Shown: piece by piece, positions 1 through 11,802 of the stretch
Numbering within the stretch: position 1 is the first letter of the stretch
Layout: every line of letters starts with the position of its first letter
NCBI RefSeq assembly: GCF_006345805.1
Contig: NW_021833125.1
Coordinates: forward strand, 1 to 29,287
Length of the DNA stretch: 29,287 nucleotides
DNA from: Octopus sinensis
Taxonomy: Eukaryota
Reading direction: 5' to 3'
The notes under the pieces: generated by a model
Databases searched by the model: none
What the model was told of the DNA's origin: nothing
Seen by the model: the letters and a program-made list of their open reading frames with translations, nothing else
Position numbers and translations under genes: made by a program

Positions 1-245
<245 letters not shown>

Positions 246-923
246 ATGAATATATAAAGAAGGTAAAAAATTAAAAGACAAACTTGAGAACGCAAACAGG
301 AACCGAAAGAAAAACATTAAAATTTACTCGAAAAACATTTGAGAAATGCTATTAAAATTTAATAATATTTTTCAGTCGAAATTAAAATAAATTGCTAAAT
401 AAATTAGCGCCAAGCAATATCAAGATTGAGATCAGAGTAAAGAAATATGTAGAGAAATTAAATTCCTTATATTCAAAAAAATATACATATATGATTTTAT
501 TTTTCAGTTTGTTTATTATTATTATAATTTTTTTTTTTGGTCTCTTGTATTCGTTAAGTATATGAATTTATTCATTTCTAAAAAGCAAAAGGAGGAAGAA
601 AGAAGAGAAAAAAACCCCAGAAGATTTCATGATTCTGACATTGTCATGCAGGCAAAGTAATCAGATAGGACAAATGTAAATTGAATCGGTGTTTTTGTCA
701 GGAGCCCTATCGTTCCATCTTTTGTATTTAAATTAATTCTTTTCATAAGAACGACACAACTAAATGTTTTCCCTTTCTTCCGTCTGTCTGCGAGGAATCT
801 ATTGTTGTGGCACCAGCTGCTTGTTGTTCATCGTGTAGTTGATGTTATAACTATTATTCTTGTTATGTTTGCTGCTGTTGTTAATAGGGTCGTTGTAATT
901 GTTATGGTATTTTTTGTGGTAAA

Positions 924-1969
924 GGCGGCGAGCTGGCAGAAACGTTAGCACACCGGGCGAAATGCTTAGCATTATTTCGTCTGCCGCAACGTTCTGAGTT
1001 CAAATTCCGCCGAGGTCGACTTTGCCTTTAATAGCCCCTTGTGGGCAATAAAGAAATAGGTATTTCGTCTGCCGTTACGTTCTGAGTTCAAATTCTGCCG
1101 AGGTCGACTTTGCCTTTCATCCTTTCGGGGGTCGACTAAATAAGTACCAGTTACGCACTCGGGTCGATATAATCGACTTAATCTGTTTGTATGTCCTCTC
1201 TGTGTTTAGCCCCTTGTGGGTAGTAAAGAAATAGGTATTTCGTCTGCCGCTACGTTCTGAGTTCAAATTCCGCCGTGGTCGACTTTGCCTTTCGTCCTTT
1301 CGGGGTCGATTAAATAAGTACCAGTTACCCACTGGGGTCGATATAATCGACTTAATCCGTTTGTATGTTCTTGTTTGTCCTCTCTGTGTTTAGCCCCTCG
1401 TGGGTAGTAAAGAAATAGGTATTTCGTCTGCCGCTACGTTCTGAGTTCAAATTCCGCCGAGGTTGACTTTGCCTTTCATCCTTTTGGGGTCGATTAAATA
1501 AGTACCATTAACGCACTGGGGTCGATATAATCGACTTAATCCGTTTGTATATCATTGTTTGTCCTCTCTGTGTTTAGCCCCTTGTGGGTAGTAAAGAAAT
1601 AGGTATTTCGTCTGCCGCTACGTTCTGAGTTCAAATTCCGCCGAGGTTGACTTTGCCTTTCATCCTTTTGGGGTCGATTAAATAAGTACCATTAACGCAC
1701 TGGGGTCGATATAATCGACTTAATCCGTTTGTATATCATTGTTTGTCCTCTCTGTGTTTAGCCCCTTGTGGGTAGTAAAGAAATAGGTATTTCGTCTGCC
1801 GCTACGTTCTGAGTTCAAATTCCGCCGAGGTCGACTTTGCCTGTCATCCGTTCGGGGTCGATTAAATAAGTACCAGTTACGCACTGGCGCCTATATAATC
1901 GACTTAATCCGTTTGTCTGTCCTTGTTTGTCCTCTCTGTGTTTAGCCCCTTGTGGGTAGTAAAGAAATA
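924..1969 (+). mobile_element. SINE-B concatemer array 1: one tRNA-like head, an internally deleted first unit, then five 175-184 bp units
   Basis: Head ggcggcgagctggcagaaacgttagc (A-box-like) at 924. Units start with ggtatttcg at 1059, 1234, 1418, 1602, 1786; each has B-box-like gagttcaaattcc and ends agccccttgtgggtagtaaagaaata. TSD-like flanks ttttttgtggtaaa (910-923) and ttttttgtgggaaa (~1973-1986). Confidence 0.92.
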
Positions 1970-2039
1970 GCTTTTTTTGTGGGAAAATCGGTGTTATGCA
2001 TGTTGTGTTTGTAGTTATTGTTGTTATTAATTTTGTTGT

Positions 2040-2240
2040 TCAAGCCCTGGTACCACTGCGTTTTGGTCCCATGGACACGTGGTTTCTACTATATCACCAC
2101 CAACCTTGCAAGGGAATATGGCAAACGGAAACTGTATGGAAGCTCGACGTATATATCTATGTATATGTGTACGGTGTGATTGCGTGTGTTTGTTCACCAC
2201 GACTTGACAACCGGCGTTGCTTTGTTTACATCCACAGTAC
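2040..2240 (+). mobile_element. Degenerate SINE-A copy
   Basis: ggcaaacggaaactg..gaagc followed by a TA/TG tract and cttgacaaccgg, as in better-preserved SINE-A copies. Confidence 0.55.
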
Positions 2241-2254
2241 TTTATGGCCGCAAA

Positions 2255-2684
2255 GCGTGAGTGTGTGGTAAGAAGTTTGCTTCCCAGCAACATGGTTCCA
2301 GGTTCAGTCTAACTGCGTGGCACCTTGCGTGTGTACTTTTTACTAGAGCACCGGACCAAGCAATGCTTTGCGAGTGAATTTCGTAAAAGGAACCTGCGTG
2401 GAAGCCTGTAGTATGTATGTATATATATACACATATACATATATATGTGTGTGTGTATGTGTGTGTGCATGTGTACGGTGTGTTTGTGTCTGTTTTTTCA
2501 CCAGCGCTTGACGACCGGTGTTGCTTTGTTAACGTCCCTTTAACTTAGGGGTTTAGCAAATGAGACCGATAGAATAAAATAGCAGACACAAACACCGGGC
2601 TGGGTTTGTTCGACAAACACTCCTTCAAGGCCGTGCCCCAGCAGAGCCGCTGTCCAATGACTGAAACAAGTCAACGAAGAAAAG
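2255..2684 (+). mobile_element. SINE-A (tRNA-derived, internal microsatellite), diverged full-length copy
   Basis: gtggtaagaagtttgcttccc..ggttcagtc head, (TA)/(TG) middle, gagaccgatagaataa..caatgactgaaacaag tail; same layout as 8536-9041. Confidence 0.8.
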
Positions 2685-2713
2685 CAGTTTGAAGCACTAT
2701 CACAGTAGTTTGT

Positions 2714-2867
2714 AGGCACAAGGTGTGGCTATGTGGTAAGAAGTTTGCTTCCCAACTACATGGTTCCGGGTTCGATTCCACTGCGTGGTACCTTGGGCAA
2801 GTGTGTGTTCCACTATGGACTCGAGCCAGATAGACGGAAACTGAAAGAAGCCTGTCATGTCGTCGTA
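2714..2867 (+). mobile_element. SINE-A 5' half, interrupted by a SINE-B insertion
   Basis: ggctatgtggtaagaagtttgcttcccaac..ggttcgattcc..gacggaaactgaaagaagcc..gtcgta. Confidence 0.8.
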
Positions 2868-3078
2868 TATTTCTTTACTACCCACAAGGGGCTAAACACA
2901 GAGGGGACAAGCAAGGACAGACTAACGGATTACGTCGACCCCAGTGCGTAACTGGTACTTAATTTATCGACCCCGAAAAGATGAAAGGCAAAGTCGACCT
3001 CGGCGGAATTTGAACTCCGAACGTAACGGCTGACGAAATACAGCTACGCATTTCATCGAGCGTGCTAATGTTTCTACT
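2868..3078 (-). mobile_element. SINE-B monomer
   Basis: Reverse complement of an array unit plus part of the head (tatttctttactacccacaaggggctaaacac ... cgtgctaatgtttct). Confidence 0.88.
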
Positions 3079-3151
3079 GTGTGCGTGTGTGTGTGTGTGT
3101 GTGTGCGCGCCGTGTGTGTGTGTGTGTGTGTGTGGTATGTGTGTGTGTGTA

Positions 3152-3550
3152 TGCTTTACAATCCCATGGTTCCGCTGCGTGACAACTTGGGAAAGTGTTC
3201 TCTGTTAATAGCCTCGGGCCAACCAAGATCTTGTGAGTGGATATGATAGACGGAAACTGAGAGAAACTGAAAGAAACCGTATGTGTATATGTATATATCT
3301 ATGTGTGTGTGTGTGTGTGTCTTTATGTCTGTTTATGGCCCATCTCCGTCGCTTGACAACCGGTGTTGGTGTGTTTGCATTACCGTAATCTAGCGATTCG
3401 GCATAAAGAGACAGATAAAGTAAATATAAGACTCGAAAAATTTCTGAGGTCGATTCATTCGAGTAAAAGCTTCTCAAGACGGTGTTCCAGCAATGCTGCA
3501 GTCTAATCCCTGCCACAAGTAACAAAAATAATTTGTTTCAATGGACTGAA
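3152..3550 (+). mobile_element. SINE-A, diverged
   Basis: cttgggaaagtg..atagcctcgggcc..gacggaaactga, microsatellite, cgcttgacaaccggtgttggtgtg..ggtgttccagca. Confidence 0.75.
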
Positions 3551-3779
3551 CTCAGATTGAACCCTTCGCATTCTCAAAGCAAAAATCAATTACCCCATGA
3601 ATATCCAAATAAAAACCAACAAAAACTAAACCAAGAAACATATCTGCTGACCAACATACACCTTCAACCCAACTACATTCTTTCGTGAGTCCCCATGACC
3701 TGAAGATGACATACCTAAATATACACTCCTGATTACAAAGTTCTAAATGCATGAAGAAATTCTAATAGCACAACCCTAA

Positions 3780-4009
3780 ATTTAAACATTGACGTTGACA
3801 TACACTGATATGTGATACATACATACATACATGCATACATACATACATATACATATATTGATATACGTAGGCATGCGTATATACATATAAACAAAACTGT
3901 AGGTACATATATTCATAGAGACACTTGCGTGAGCTCACCGGCTCGCGCAGTGGAAAAGATCTTGTTTGTAAACACAGACACACAAATGCATATATGTGAG
4001 AGTGAATAC

Positions 4010-4043
<34 letters not shown>

Positions 4044-4263
4044 AGAGAGTGAAAGAGAAAGATTATGTGTGTATTAGTGTATATGGCTGTGTGATAAGAA
4101 GCTTGCTTCTCAACCACATGGTTCCGCGTTCAATCCCACTGCGTGGCATCTTGTGCAAGTGTTTTCTGCTATAGCCTCAGGCCGACCAGATCTTTGTGAG
4201 TGGATTTGGCACATAAAAACTGAGAGAATCACGTAGTACACACACACACACACACACACAAAC

Positions 4264-4305
<42 letters not shown>

Positions 4306-4935
4306 ATATATATATATATACGACGGGCTTCTTTCAGTTTCCTTCTGCCAAATCCACTCACAAAGATCTGGTCGGCCTGAGGCTATAGCAGAAAACACTT
4401 GCACAAGATGCCATGCAGTGGGCCTGAACCCGGAACCATGTGGTTGAGAAGCAAGCTTCTTATCACACAGCCATATACATTAATACACACATATCACACA
4501 CACTCTCTCTCTGTCTCTGTCTCTCTCTCCCTCTCTACGCTTTTGTGTCTGTGTTTACAAACAAGATCTTTCCCCTCTGTGAGTGCTTGTGAGTTCACGC
4601 AAGTGTCTTTGTGAATACATGTACCTATAGTTTCGTTTGTATGTATATACGAATGTCTATGTATATCAATGTATGTATGTATGTATGTATGTATGTATGT
4701 ATGTATGTATGTATGTATGTATGTATGTATGTATGTATGTATATACGAATGTCTATGTATATCATGTATGTAGTATGTATGTATGTTATGTATGTATGTA
4801 TGTATGTATGTACGTACGTACGTATGTATGTATGTATGTATGATGTATGTATGTATGTATGCGTATGTATTTATTTATGTTATTATGTATTCATGTATGT
4901 ATGTTATGTACACATATCCCACGTCAATGTGTGTT
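3780..4935. repeat. ~1.15 kb imperfect palindrome (arms ~3780-4240 and ~4320-4935) around a (CA)n(TATC)n(TA)n spacer; each arm holds a SINE-A 5' half plus non-SINE flank
   Basis: Arms share non-SINE sequence (gacacttgcgtga, aagatcttgtttgtaaacacagacac, acattgacgt) in inverted orientation. ORFs 3762-3983(-) and 4399-4614(+) both contain CLCLQTRSFP. Confidence 0.88.
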
Positions 4936-5199
4936 TATAAAATGTGTATATAAATCTTCGAAAACACGCTAGGAATGTCCAATCAAAAAGCAGAGAAAAT
5001 TTATGTGAAAGGTAATTGCAAGAGTTTATCAAACGTAACGACAGCTAGAGTGTTTGGGTTCGAATGAAAGATTAGGCAGTAGATGTTGATAGTGACAATG
5101 TGGTGGTGGGTGTAGTGATAGTGGTTGGGGTAGTGATGGTGGTGGTGATGGTGTTAGTGGTTTCTAGGGGTGGGTGAGTATTGGCGTTTCCTGATCCTA

Positions 5200-5670
5200 T
5201 ATTTTATCCAGGCATTGTGTATCTAGGTTTACGTTATCAATTATAGTATAGTCGTTAGTATTAGCGGTTCTACTATTTGTTGTTTTTGCTCTTGTTGTTG
5301 TTTAGCCCCAGGTCAGTCCTGATCTGGTAGGCTTATGATCAATGATTCTCCTGCTGTGATCATCCCATCTTTTACTGGGACGTAGTGTATCTAGGACTAC
5401 ATTGACTAATGTATAGTATTGTAATTGCTTTTTAGTAGCATACCTATTAAGAAAGATGATCCAGCCGTGACCATACCATCTTTTATTTAGCCATTGTGTA
5501 TCTAGGACTACATTACACAACATACTGTAGAGATGAGTAGTTGGTGTGTAGTCCCATGTCTGTCCTGAACTTGCAGGCCTATGATCAATGACGTTCCACT
5601 TATGACTATCCCTTCTTTTACTCAGATGCAGTGTATCTAGGACTACATTATCTACTGTACAGTATAGTAG
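5200..5670 (-). mobile_element. Retroposon family D 3' region with (AAC)n tail and ~4 diverged internal repeats
   Basis: On - strand ends ctggggctaaacaacaacaag. Motif gtgtatctagg(actacatt) starts at 5217, 5385, 5496, 5631. Confidence 0.6.
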
Positions 5671-5671
5671 T

Positions 5672-6010
5672 ACCATGCTGGGGCACCACCTTGCAGGTTT
5701 TAGCTGAACAAATCGACTCTGCTGTTGATTTTTAAATCTAATACTCATTCATACGTCTCTATCGTCGGCCCGCTAAATTACACGGACGTAAACAAACCCA
5801 CACTGGTTGTAACGCAATTGGAGAGGACAACACAAACACAATGACACCCACAAATACACACACACACATTTATAATTCAAGCTTCTACACAGTTTCCGTT
5901 TGCCAAATCCACTCATAAGGCGTTTGTCGACCCGGAGCTATAGGAGAAGACACTTGCTCCAGGTACCTTGCGAAAGGACTGAACCCGCTATCACACATTT
6001 AACCACACTA
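5672..6010 (-). mobile_element. SINE-A, diverged
   Basis: ccatgctggggcaccacc tail and cagtttccgtttgccaaatccactcataagg head, both in reverse orientation. Confidence 0.7.
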
Positions 6011-6029
6011 CCATATACTTATATGTCTT

Positions 6030-6210
6030 TTATCTGTTACTTGCTTCAGTCATTGGACTGCGGTCATGCTGGGGCATTGCCTTGGAGAGTTTAGCCGACC
6101 GAATCGATCCCAGTAATGCCAGGTACTTATCTTGTCAGCTCTTTTGCCGAACGGGAATGAAGACACACCAACATCGGTGTGGGTGGGGGACAAACACAAA
6201 TATAAAGACA

Positions 6211-6260
<50 letters not shown>

Positions 6261-6540
6261 TATAACTCTTTAACTCTTCAACTACTTCTAACTCCAGAGC
6301 TGCGGCCATACTGGGGCACCACCGCTAACAAAATGATGCGCCCGCAGATTACTTTCAAGGTGATCTCATAAATGTCTGATGCTTTACCAACTGAGCTACG
6401 ACAAGCTTCTTTCAGTTTCCATCTAGCAAATCCAATCACGAGACGTTCTATATTAGAAAACATTTGACCAAGGTGTCGTGTAGTAGGACTGAACCTGGAA
6501 TTATGTGGGTTGAAGATAGAGACCTTACCTATACAGCCAT
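6030..6540 (-). mobile_element. SINE-A fragments (tail 6030-6215, (CA)n, partial tail, head ~6400-6540)
   Basis: ttacttgcttcagtcattggactgcggtcatgctggggca; gcttctttcagtttccatctagcaaatcca. Confidence 0.7.
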
Positions 6541-6675
6541 GTAGCTCTTTGGAAAATGTGGTCTTGTGTTCAGGATGACGCTTGGATTGTCTTTGATGGA
6601 AGCCGTGTCGGACAAGAGCAGGATAGTCTCACTCCACGAAGAAGGGACGAGAAAACAACAACAACAACAACAGCA

Positions 6676-7087
6676 GGAGGCGCAATGGCCCAGTGGTTAG
6701 GGCAGCGGACTCGCGGTCGGAGGATCGCGGTTTCGATTCCCAGACCGGGCGTTGTGTGTGTTTATTGAGCGAAAACACCTAAAGCTCCACAAGGTTCCGG
6801 CAGGGGGTGGTGGCGACCCTTGTTGTACTCTTACGCTCCAACTTTCTCTCATTCTTTCTTCCTGTTTCTTGTCCCCGACTTCCTACACAACCGCTGAGCC
6901 TGGATGTGCATTCATCTATCCATCGATGCTCTCGGTGTCGGGGGTTGACCTGCTTTCTCTTCTGCGGCTCTTACGGACAGCAAAGGACCACGTTTCGGAC
7001 TCTTCCACTACAGACAATCCTGAGGCGCGATCTTGCGAGCTCTGGGACGAAGACCGCTTCACTCAACAAACAAACAAACAAACAAAC
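6676..7087 (+). mobile_element. SINE-C with tail type 1: tRNA-derived head, body, distinct tail ending in (CAAA)n
   Basis: ggaggcgcaatggcccagtggttagggcagcggactcgcgg..ggtttcgattccc (A/B-box-like). Head and body nearly identical to 26423 until ttcctgtttct. Confidence 0.85.
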
Positions 7088-7644
7088 AGAAACAACAACA
7101 AATAAAAAAAGTAATGGCAACAGCAACAAAAACAGTAAAAGAAATACAGCAACAATAACAACAACAACAACATCAACAAAACTAATTCTAAGAGCTAAAA
7201 CAACAATGGCAGCCATGGTAGTAACAACCGACCCATCCACCTCGCCTCACCTCAGCACGCCACCAGTCACGACACATTCCCCACCTACTCGATCACTAGC
7301 GCCACCACCACCATCACCAGCATTCCAGTGTTTCGCGCTTACCTCCCCCTGCATCAACCAACACCCGTTCCGTAAGTGATATATGATGCATTGTACGGTA
7401 TGCGGGGGGAGGGGGAGGATGGTTAAAGAGGTGAAGTTTGATGACGGCAAAGACAGAGAGAGACAGAGAGAGAGAGAGAGAAAGTGAGGGGGAGTATGCT
7501 ATAAGCAGAGAGAGGGAGAGGGGTAGGAAGAAATAGAAAGGAGGGAGGAGGGTGGTAGGAAGGGGGAAGGAGGGGGACGAGGAAAAAAACGAGGAAGGAC
7601 AGACGAAATAATGAAGATAGATGGGTAAATAGAGAACGCCGGTG

Positions 7645-8010
7645 TATGAGCGCATATGGGTATGTGTGTATCTATGTGTGTGTGTGTGTGTGTATCAGTG
7701 TGAATATGTGGATGTGTGTATATGCGGATGTGTGTATGGATATATGTGTATGTGTATGTACGGATGGGTATGTGTGTGTATATGAGTATATGTGTATCTG
7801 TGTATGTGTGTATGGCTGTATGTATGTGTATAGATATATGTGTGTGTATGTGTGTATATGGGTATGTGTGTATGTGTGTATGGATGTATGTGTGTATGGA
7901 TGTATGTGTATATATATGTATGCGTTTGTGGGTATATGTGTATGTATGTGTATGTACGTATGGGTATGTGTTTGTGTGTGTGATATGTGCGTATGTATAT
8001 GTGTGTGTAT
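7645..8010. repeat. Degenerate (TG)/(TATG) microsatellite
   Basis: Low-complexity tract. Confidence 0.9.
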
Positions 8011-8011
8011 G

Positions 8012-8234
8012 TTTCTCTTTTACTCTCTTTTACTTGTTTCAGTCATTTGACTGCTGCCATGCTGGAGCACCGCCTTTAATCGAGCAACTTGACCCCGGGA
8101 CTTATTCTTTTGTAAGCCCAGTACTTATTCTATCGGTCTCTTTTGCCGAACCGCTAAGTAACGGGAACATAAACACACCAGCATCGGTTGTCAAGCAATG
8201 CTAGGGGGACAACACAGACACACAAGCACACACA

Positions 8235-8285
<51 letters not shown>

Positions 8286-8484
8286 ATTACATATATATAT
8301 ATATACATATATACATATATACGACGGGCTTCTTTCAGTTTCCGTCTACCAAATCCACTCACAAGGCTTTGGTTGGCCTGAGGCTATAGTAGAAGACACT
8401 TGCCCAAGATGCCACGCATTGGGTCTGAACCCGGAACTATATGGTTCGTAAGCAAGCTACTTACCACACAGCCACTCCTGCGCC
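8012..8484 (-). mobile_element. SINE-A full-length with internal (TA)n
   Basis: On - strand: ggcgcaggagtggctgtgtggtaagtagcttgc head, gaagcccgtcg(TA)n middle, cagcatggcagcagtcaaatgactgaaacaagtaaaag tail. Confidence 0.9.
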
Positions 8485-8535
8485 ATGTATGTGTATATAC
8501 AAAAGTGAATGCACATGTATATATATATATATACA

Positions 8536-8707
8536 TGGTTGTGTGGTAAGTAGGTTGCTTACTGACCACATGGTTCCGGGTTCAGTCACACTGCGTTGCA
8601 CGTTCGGCAAGTGTCTTCTGCTATAGCCCCGGGCCGACCAAAGCCTCGTGAGTGGATTTGGTAGACGGAAACTGAAAGAAGCCCGTCGTATATATGTATA
8701 TATGTAT

Positions 8708-8742
<35 letters not shown>

Positions 8743-8759
8743 CAATATATATATATATT

Positions 8760-8821
<62 letters not shown>

Positions 8822-9041
8822 TGTGTGTGTGAGTGTATGTTTGTGAGTCTGTGTTTGTGCCCCCAACATCGCTTGACAACCGATGCTGGTGTGTTTACGT
8901 CGCCGTAACTTAGCGGTTCGGCAAAAAGAGACCGATAGAATAAGTAGTAGGCTTACAAAGAATAAGTACTGGGGTCGACCATTGGCGGTGCTCCAGCATG
9001 GCTGCAGTCAAATGACAGAAACAAATAAAAGAATAAAAGAA
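8536..9041 (+). mobile_element. SINE-A full-length with internal (TA)n(TG)n; head-to-head with the previous copy
   Basis: gtgtggtaagtagg..ggttcagtc head, gaagcccgtcgtatata, tail ending gaaacaaataaaagaataaaagaa. Confidence 0.9.
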
Positions 9042-9169
9042 TATATGTATATATGTATATATGTGTATATGTGTGCGTCGTTGTAAGAGAGATCAAGTTT
9101 CGAACGACCATCGCCTCCTTTACCACCGACACCAACAACAATAACAGCGAGAACTACGAACCAAAAAGG

Positions 9170-9330
9170 TAGGGCTCTACATAGCAGCTAGGCTCCATAG
9201 AAATAGCAGCTAAAGCCCCTTCAAATCACACCCTACTGTCTTATGCATGTACATATGTATGAGCCAATAAGGGATACCTCTAAATAGTAGCTAGACCTGG
9301 TAGAAATAGCAGCCAAGTAGCCTACATTTT
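9170..9330 (+). repeat. Degenerate family-D-like fragments
   Basis: tagaaatagcagc..caaatcacaccctactgtctt occurs twice here and resembles 10141-10180. Confidence 0.45.
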
Positions 9331-9439
9331 ATGCTCTCTCAGAAAAGGATGTCTTGCATGGTGAGAATCAAAGGGGATGTTCACTTTTGGAATGCTTTTG
9401 TACACAGTTCGGTTATATCAGTGTTGATCTAAACTAAAA

Positions 9440-9494
9440 CAAGGATACGACCACCACCAACATCATCGCCTTATCACTACAAGAACTACTACTA

Positions 9495-9535
<41 letters not shown>

Positions 9536-10095
9536 ACTACTATAACTACTACTAACAACACCAATACAACAAACACCACCATCAGCACCATTGCTAACAC
9601 CCGCCACCACCGCTACCATCAGTATATGAACCACCACCATCACATCCACCATAGCCATCATCCCGCGTGCCACTACCATCGTCATAACCATCGCACCCAC
9701 CTCCGCCGCCACCGCCGCTATCATCATCACCATCACCATCACCACCATGACTTCCACCGTTACCGTTTGATCACCACCACCACCACCGCCGCCGCCACCT
9801 CTACCACCACCACCTCTACCATAACCGCCATCACTACCATCACTGACATCACTACCATCGAAACCACCACCATCACCAAATACGCATCCGCACTACCGTC
9901 ACCACCAACACCATCATCACAACCACCATCATCACGGTCATGACCACCACTACCAAAAACAGCGCCCCACCATCACCACCACTACCACCGCCAACAACAC
10001 GGACACCACTGCCACCATCACAACCATCACCACTACATCACCACCACCACAACAACAACAACCAGTAACAACACCAAATCATTTTCTTCACCATC
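9440..10095. repeat. Compound (ACT)n(GCT)n(CAC/CAT/ACC)n trinucleotide low-complexity tract
   Basis: Explains the His/Thr-rich and Ser/Val-rich ORFs. Confidence 0.9.
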
Positions 10096-10119
10096 AGCCC
10101 TACCAAAATATCGCACAAT

Positions 10120-10300
10120 GTAGCATTTACATCGTCGTCCGACCTGCTAGAAATGGCAGCTAGGTCTCATCTTAATCACACAGAGAAATCATTTTGTGAA
10201 TACTGTCCTATATACACATAATCAAAAAACACAAACGTAATGAGATGGGCACGGATGGAGAGCCTGCTACTTGATCATGACCGATCTTGGACTAAAGAAC
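10120..10300 (+). mobile_element. Family D retroposon, diverged copy
   Basis: gacctgctagaaatggcagc..gatgggcacggatggagagcc..ggactaaagaacaa resembles the reverse complement of 5303-5370. Confidence 0.5.
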
Positions 10301-10560
10301 AATTACAACAGCTACCACCACCATCACTGCACCACCACCATCACTGCACCACCACCACCACGACCAACAACAACAATAACAACAACGACGACGACGACGA
10401 CGTGACCATCTCCTCTACCATCATCACTACCACCAGGCGCCCGTCACCTCACCGGTAGATTTATCTCCCCCTTCCTCTGCCATCCAGTTCCCGCTTGTCA
10501 CGATTTACCAATATCCATCATCCGGGTATTTACTGCATCCATCATCCTGGCATTTTCAAC

Positions 10561-10877
10561 CGTCCACCACTGATTTAGTTCCACGCATATAGAATGTATG
10601 TGTGTTTGCGTGTGTAGGTGTGTGTGTGTGTGTGTTCATGTGTATGCCTATCTGTATTTGTCATTGAGTGTAGGGATATATGTATATGTGTATATGCGTG
10701 TATGTACGTAAATCTGCATGAGATTATGTACGACCATGTGAGCATGTGTGCCAGGAATGAGTACGAACAATAAAAACACATGATAGACTGATCAAACGAA
10801 AGAATATATAAAGAAAAAAAATAACACTAAGCCTTCATCAACTGTCTCGCAAAGGTTTCTGGCAGTTTCGACGCCTT
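10561..10877. repeat. Module M, copy 1 (direct repeat of 13981-14244)
   Basis: gtccaccactgatttagttccacgcata ... caggaatgagtacgaacaataaaaacacatgatagactgatcaaacgaaag ... ctggcagtttcga shared between copies. Confidence 0.9.
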
Positions 10878-11042
10878 GGGACTGAACTGCGTATTTAGAA
10901 GCGTCAACAACTATTAGATACGGTTGTTAAGTAATTGATATATGGGAGACGAGACACAAAAGCAGAAATGACAAATACCGATGGAATAACTCAATATTTG
11001 TTTTGGAGCCAAATATACTTTTTATATTAGGAGTTAACTGAA

Positions 11043-11230
11043 GGCGGCGAGCAGGCGGAACCATTAGCTCCCCTGGCAAAATGCTTAACGGCTTGTGGTC
11101 CGCGTTGACGTTCTGAGTTCATATTACACTGGAGTCGACTTCGCCTTTCATCATCTCGAGGGTCGATAAAATAAGTACCATTTGGACATACAGAGTCAAT
11201 ATAGTCCTTCTCTTTTAGTGCCTTATAGTT
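11043..11230 (+). mobile_element. SINE-B-like, old diverged monomer
   Basis: ggcggcgagcaggcggaacc..acgttctgagttca..gtcgacttcgcctttcatc..gggtcgataaaataagtacc. Confidence 0.75.
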
Positions 11231-11449
11231 GAACACGCTCACCGGTAAACAACAACAGAGTCAACAGCTATTGGAAAGTTTGCCAGACGCAACGAAAACT
11301 TTAGAAAAATCAATAAGTAAATGAGTGGAAATTTTACAAGTGAGTGTGTTAAATAATAAATAATAATAAGAATGACTCTCCCCAGTCACAACAGAATATG
11401 CTTCAATACACGAACTCACATAAAGAATCTTGCAACCAATCCCAAAACG

Positions 11450-11525
<76 letters not shown>

Positions 11526-11544
11526 ATATAAAGTGCTTCATTAA

Positions 11545-11685
11545 AATTACCCTCACCAAATCCGCCTAGGAGGCTTTTGTGGGCCCCGAGGGTATAGTAA
11601 AAGACTGTTGTCCAAGTTGCTACGCAGTGGAACTTAACTCGAAAGCTTCTGACCTGGGAAGCAAACTTCTTACCACACGGCTGTT
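11545..11685 (-). mobile_element. SINE-A 5' half, degenerate
   Basis: ccaaatcc..ggaagcaaacttcttaccacacggct. Confidence 0.65.
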
Positions 11686-11802
11686 TCTCTAGTAGCTTTC
11701 CGCCTCATTTCCATCCAAGAGATTTTTAACCGAATGTATATTTTAAACTATTATTTAGAGGTGATTTCGCTTTGATATGTCATTATTTTTCGGTAGTTGC
11801 CC

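Noticed and set aside
924-1969. Regularly spaced repeats as a CRISPR array (also 14957-15898)
   Set aside because: Units are contiguous 173-184 bp SINE copies with no unique spacers, there are no cas genes, and the context is eukaryotic
3556-3690. Candidate exon ending at a gtgagt donor
   Set aside because: One frame is open but the acceptor has no polypyrimidine tract and the peptide is unrecognisable
5302-5748. 148-aa ORF with repeated NVVLDT motif as a repeat protein
   Set aside because: The motif is the translation of the DNA repeat gtgtatctaggactacatt within a retroposon 3' region
6676-6750. tRNA gene (also heads at 924, 12640-12710, 26423)
   Set aside because: A/B-box-like motifs continue into SINE bodies and tails; I could not build a complete cloverleaf with an acceptor stem
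9626-9943. His/Thr-rich 105-aa ORF as a metal-binding or mucin-like protein
   Set aside because: Lies entirely within CAC/CAT/ACC trinucleotide repeats; no splice or homology support
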